From NCBI GenBank assembly GCA_951406725.2, contig OX597833.1:66526001-66590000 (forward strand): a DNA stretch of 64,000 bases. Direction: 5' to 3'. Of this stretch, positions 58,442-64,000 are shown piece by piece. This stretch comes from Octopus vulgaris (lineage: Eukaryota). Position 1 is the first letter of the stretch. Every line of letters starts with the position of its first letter. The position numbers and the translations under genes were made by a program. The notes under the pieces are model-generated. The model was not told the DNA's origin. It saw only the letters and a list, made by a program, of their open reading frames with translations, and did not search any database.

Positions 58442-58682
58442 TATCATCATCATCATCATCACCATCACCATCATCCTCAACATAATTAATGATCATCGCT
58501 ATCAACATCATTATCATCATCGTCGTCATCGTCATCGTCATCATTATGATCGTCATCATCATTATTGTCATCATCACTACTATCATTGCCGTCATCATCG
58601 TCATCATCATCATCCTTAGTGAGATTTTATTTTATTCTCTTCGTTTCTTTCATTCTTTCTTTCTTTCTTTCTTTCTTTTTCC

Positions 58683-58717
<35 letters not shown>

Positions 58718-59210
58718 TCCATGCTTTTATTCTTTCTTTCCTTTTAGGTTTTCTCTTTCTAACGCTCTTCTATCCATTCATTTATTCCTTCCTTCCTTCC
58801 TTCCTTCCTTCCTTCCTTCCTTCCTTCCTTCCTTCTTTCCCTCCTTCCTTCCTTCCTTCCTTTCCCAACATGGCGTTCATTCTCTCGCTAACATGACGTG
58901 CGACACAATTGTTTGATTTATCTCCACATCAGCACCTCCTCCACCCCCGCACCATAACCACCACCACCACCACCACCACCACCACAAAACCGCCGCCACC
59001 ACCACCAACGCCACAGCCAAGCCGCCCAGCCAGCGCCACCACCATCAAAGCCACGCCCACCGACCAACGCCACCTCCAACAGCACCACAAACAGTCACTA
59101 CAGTGACGACTGCAAACCTCACCACCACCACCACCACCACCACCACCACCACCAACACCACCACCACCAAAACCACTACCATCACCACCACCACCATCAC
59201 CGCCGCCGCC
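57640..59210 (+). repeat. (CAT/CGT)n, (TTTC)n, (TTCC)n and (ACC)n microsatellites
   Basis: Seen directly. Includes an internal ~117-bp duplication (CATCCTCAACATAATTAATGATCATCGCTATCAAC at ~58354 and ~58471). Confidence 0.92.
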
Positions 59211-59438
59211 AAAGTATTTCAATGTTATCTAATTACTGTGTAGAAGATATACTTCCACACTGTTACCTGTTGGAGGAAATGGCACACATACACACACACA
59301 CACATACATACACTAGCTAACAAACAAACGTACACACACACTCGCTCTGTCTCTCTTACACACAGTCAAGTGCAAGCGCACGCATAAGAAAGCAGAATTT
59401 GAGAACATGTTGCATGTGCTTCCCCCTTTCTCTCTCTA

Positions 59439-59482
<44 letters not shown>

Positions 59483-59720
59483 GTATATATATGTATATAT
59501 ATGTATGTATATATATATGTATATATATAGATATATATATAGATATATATATATATATGTATATATATATACATATATAATATAAATATATATATATATA
59601 TATATACATATATATACACGTATATATACACACACATATATATATCTATATATCTATATATATATATACATGTATACATACATATACTTATGTGTGTGCA
59701 TGTATATATATATTTGTATA

Positions 59721-59759
<39 letters not shown>

Positions 59760-59821
59760 GCATACAAACATACACATACATATATCTGTGTGTGTATATA
59801 TATATATGTGTGTGTGTGTGG

Positions 59822-59866
<45 letters not shown>

Positions 59867-60494
59867 GTGTATGTTTGTCTGTATGCGTAGAGACACAAGT
59901 ACACAAACATTAAACTGATATATAAGTCAAAAATTTTTTAATAGATTAGCGCCGAAACATATTTATCAAATTCTATAAAGAATAATTTCGGCAGCCGTTA
60001 TCAGAGTTTCGCTTGCTTTGGTTTCCAAACGTTTTATTTATTATTCTCGGTAGGATGTTCTTTAAGTGGAAAAAAACGTTGTATAACGAAATTAGGTGTG
60101 GCTACGTGAGTTTGTAGGCAGAAAGAGGAAGGAAGGAGATGTGAAGGAAACAGTGATATAAAAGGACAGGAAAAATATATATGGTTGCAGATTGTGGTTC
60201 AAAAGAAGGGATGGTGGAGACAGTTTCTCTTGTTTGATAATTGAATTTGCTTATTGTTTAATCAAGCACGTATGCAAAGGAGGATGTTAAAAGTAACATT
60301 GTATAAGGTTTCGTGTGAATGTTGCGTCATATTTTGCATTGGTTGGAGGTTTAATTACGCCTTATCAATTCTTTCTATATATATAACTGTGTTGTATTAC
60401 TTTTCAGTTCATAAAAGTATAAATATTTGACCTTGGAAAGAGGTCAAAGTTAGTATAATAATAAAAAGTTTTCTTTAAAGAAACTCTCAACAAC

Positions 60495-60570
60495 ATTTTA
60501 AACGTAAAGACAGATGAAACAGCTAAGAATTTCACTCGGCGTGCTAAGGTTTCTGCCAGCTCACCGCCTT
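60495..60570 (-). mobile_element. SINE family A head fragment
   Basis: CGGCGTGCTAAGGTTTCTGCCAGCTCACCGCC. Confidence 0.75.
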
Positions 60571-60712
60571 GGAATATACATTTATAGATATAAACGTCCA
60601 TGTATAATTACATACATTTCTCCCCCACTCTCTCTCTCTATATATATATGTATGGTGTTTTCTATATAGAGATACACATATTAAAATATTCATGTAAACG
60701 CATAAACATACA

Positions 60713-60763
<51 letters not shown>

Positions 60764-60818
60764 TATATATATATACACATATATATATATATACATATAT
60801 ATATAAATATATATATAC

Positions 60819-60887
<69 letters not shown>

Positions 60888-61347
60888 CTTGCATGCATAT
60901 TTCCATACATACATAGATGCATGCAAATACATACACAACCACACATATATATATATAGAGAGAGATAGAGCAGTTCACACACACACATACACGCACACAA
61001 ACACACACAGAAACCTATATCAATATACATACATTTCCCACACACACACATATAACATAATATCCATGTGAATGCACATGCGTCTCCTCTACAACCAGAC
61101 TTGTAGATATGTCTCTCACTTTCAACGCACGCGCCCTCTCTCTCTTACACTTGCATGTGCACACTCTCTCACATATATGTAAGCATACGCATGCGTAGAA
61201 CGGCTCTCACATTTCTGTACACCCACTCAAAAACTCGCAGAACGCAAAAAAAAAAATGAATCTCCAAAAGTCTACGATAACAGCAAAAACCGTTTTCTGA
61301 TTTATATTTTCAAAAATGTAAAATGGCGACCAGGTAGTGATATACAA

Positions 61348-61394
<47 letters not shown>

Positions 61395-61443
61395 CTGTGT
61401 GTGTGTGTGTGTTTGTATGTGTGTGTGTGTGTGTTTGTATGTG

Positions 61444-61509
<66 letters not shown>

Positions 61510-61750
61510 TATGTGTGTGTGTGTGTGTGTGTTTATGTGAATGTCTGCGCATGTATACTTTTACACGTGGACTGAAATATACACATATAGATTTTCACGC
61601 ATATATACAGGTGTATACACACACATATATATATGTATGTGTTATGTTTATACACGTTTGTACATACGCGTGTTTTAATGTATGTATATCGATATAGGTT
61701 TGTGTGTGTGTGTATGTATTTATGTGTGCGTGTATGTGTGTGTGTGAGCT

Positions 61751-61785
<35 letters not shown>

Positions 61786-62757
61786 ATATATATATATATA
61801 TATATATAGATGGTAGTACAAGTGTGTATGTATGTATATATGTATATATGTAAGTATGTATGTGTGTGTGTATGCGAGCGTGTGAATATAAATGTATATA
61901 TTTATGTGTATGTTTGTAAATATATATGCGTGTGTGTGTGTGTGTGTGTGCGTGCCTGTGTATGTGTATAAATGTGTATATTTATGTTTCTATACTTATA
62001 TACATATATGGGTGTGTGTATGTGTATACGTCTGTGCGTGTGTGTATGTATAAATGTGTACTTTTATGTGTACGTTTGTATATATATATATACTTGTGTG
62101 TGTGTGTACGTGTTTAGTAATTCTCTAAGCGTCAGCATCTCCAAATGCATCACCACAGCCGCCATCCTCTCACCATTCCCCACCATATCCATCCACCCCC
62201 CATCAACCGTCACCCCCATCAACACTACCACCGCTCCCCCACCACTCCTCCCTTTCATTACCAAACTCACAACCTATCGTTTACAGTTGGTGACAGCTCT
62301 GTTATTAGTTTCAGTAAGAAGAAAAAGCTGGCTGGCGCCCTGATGTTTCACTATTCCTATTAAACTCAGTAGATGAAAGCAGAGATTCAGGTTCGATTCC
62401 TCACACGGTCTTGATTTTGATATTTTCCTCCGCATCACCCCCCGTCATCACCGTCAGCATCTATTAATATTTTTTTCCTTGTGGCTCTGCGTTCAGGCTG
62501 CCTTCGTCAGTCGCTCATAATGGGTGTAGATTTGATGTCGTTGTTGTTGTTGATGATGACGACGAGATGATAATGATGAAGACGACGATGATGATGGTAA
62601 TGGTGATGATGATAATGATGGTGGTGATGATGGTGATGGTAGTTCCGATGAGAGAGTCATCGTTGCCAAGGATGGTTTCGAAACTGTTTATTGAGACCGT
62701 GATGAGATTTCCAGTTCAGGAGTCCTATGGCAAGGAAATGGTCCCATGGTTCTATAG

Positions 62758-63060
62758 CAAGGCTTCTTTATTTATGGGTCCATTTCATTGCTATTTTATT
62801 CTGGTCGACCTCCACCCCATAACTGTTCGCTATTTAAAAACTAGTTTAATAGGGACTTGTTTCAAAATCCCTATTTTGTTTTCGACATGTTCCCTTTTGC
62901 AGGCTGAATTCTGTAAAATGTTAGAGAAAGAAACCTAGATATTCCTGGCAATACAAACCAATTTTAATCAAAATCTATTATGGAACCCCTATTTACAGTT
63001 TTGCGCCATGGACCCCCATAAAAAAACTCTTATTTGGATCCTCAGGATTGAGGACCGCTG
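62758..63060. mobile_element. Possible decayed non-autonomous hAT (Charlie/MER5-like) element
   Basis: Right end GGATCCTCAGGATTGAGGACCGCTG resembles ..GGACCCCAGGTTGAGAACCCCTG, with subterminal GGACCCC-like motifs. The left end CAAGGCTTCTTTA is only weakly complementary. Confidence 0.4.
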
Positions 63061-63129
63061 CTTTAGTATTTCCTTTGCATTTGTTTGTTTGTTTGTTTGT
63101 TTCTTTCCTTCCTTCCTTCTTTCTTTCCT

Positions 63130-63420
63130 TTAGCGTAGACGGACGAAACGCCGCTAAGCATTTTGTCCGGCGTACTAACGACCTGCAGGCTCGCCGCCTT
63201 TGAGAAATAGTGATTTGAAACTTCCGGTTCAAGGCCGGTCAGTTTCGAGTCGGAAGTAAATTGACTACATCGGCCCCAGCGCTCAACGGGTTCTCCTATT
63301 TTACCGACCCCTAAATGATGAAAGACAAACTTGGCCTTAATGGAATTTGAGCGAAGAGCTATGATGAACGAAATGCCTCTAAGCTAGGCATGCCAACGAT
63401 TCTTCCCGCTCGCTGACTTT
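63130..63420 (-). mobile_element. Degenerate SINE family A fragments
   Basis: GACGAAACGCCGCTAAGCATTTTGTCCGGCG..CTCGCCGCC and CGACCCCTAAATGATGAAAGACAAA. Confidence 0.7.
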
Positions 63421-64000
63421 ATGTCGGCTTCGATATAATTTTACTACACTGTCTGACATAATCTCAGTGCCAATCAGAGATTTGGCCAGATAAACCCAAG
63501 GTTATATTTACACTAGAATAATCTCAGATTTTATTAAGTTTTGGCCGGATAAAATCTTCGTTTCTATTTACACAATTTGAAACACGATATTGTCCAAGTT
63601 TTAAGTTGCAAATGGAGTCGAAATCAATCCGAGATATGTTAACGTCTGATTCTATGAAATATTTGTTTAGGTTCCACAACAGAGTAAATGTATATATTAA
63701 AGTCAACAAAAGGCTATGTCAAAACCAAGATCAAATGGTGATCACGACTGACATACAAAATACAGTAAAAACTAATATCAGGTCTGTTTATATATTTTTT
63801 TTCTACCCAGCAGCGGTCTGACACACAAAACCATAGAATGTTGCCACAGACATTTGTCAAACAACTCTGTTGCTATGAAGAAGAGGCTGGCTTCAATGAC
63901 GTTTTCGCTTCGATGGCGTTGATAAAGAATTTTGTCAGTTTAGCAGCTACGCCGGTTGTTTCGAATGACATCAAATCTAGCCAAAACAAGTGAAAATATT

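Noticed and set aside
63795-63995. Acceptor-like TTTTCTACCCAG followed by ~60 open codons; another frame gives hAT-like LSNNSVA..FSL
   Set aside because: Neither reading is long or specific enough, and it lies at the window edge. Needs BLASTx.

Overview
This is eukaryotic, AT-rich, non-coding DNA saturated with microsatellites ((TA)n, (CA)n, (TATG)n, (TATC)n, (AAT)n, (ACC)n, (CAT)n). The repeat landscape resembles an octopus (coleoid cephalopod) genome; that assignment is from recall and has not been checked. I found no supportable host protein-coding exon, and almost all supplied ORFs are microsatellite translations. The recognisable content is transposon debris: three CR1-group LINE fragments, an RTE 3' end, a decayed mariner (DD34D) transposase interrupted by two SINE insertions, and three tRNA-headed SINE families (called A, B and C here). 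The most interesting observations are five. (1) A ~210-bp repeat carries a minimal hammerhead-ribozyme-like motif with the same non-canonical core (CUGUYGA) in three copies, and remnants of a second Penelope-like hammerhead family are present. (2) A diverged, terminator-less 5S rRNA copy runs into a SINE-type tail and is a candidate 5S-derived SINE. (3) SINE A forms single-head multimers joined at a fixed GGTA site, with GGT-starting target duplications. (4) There is a ~400-bp foldback element. (5) There is a perfect 4x118-bp array inside an element embedded in (AAT)n. All alignments were done by eye and many boundaries are approximate.
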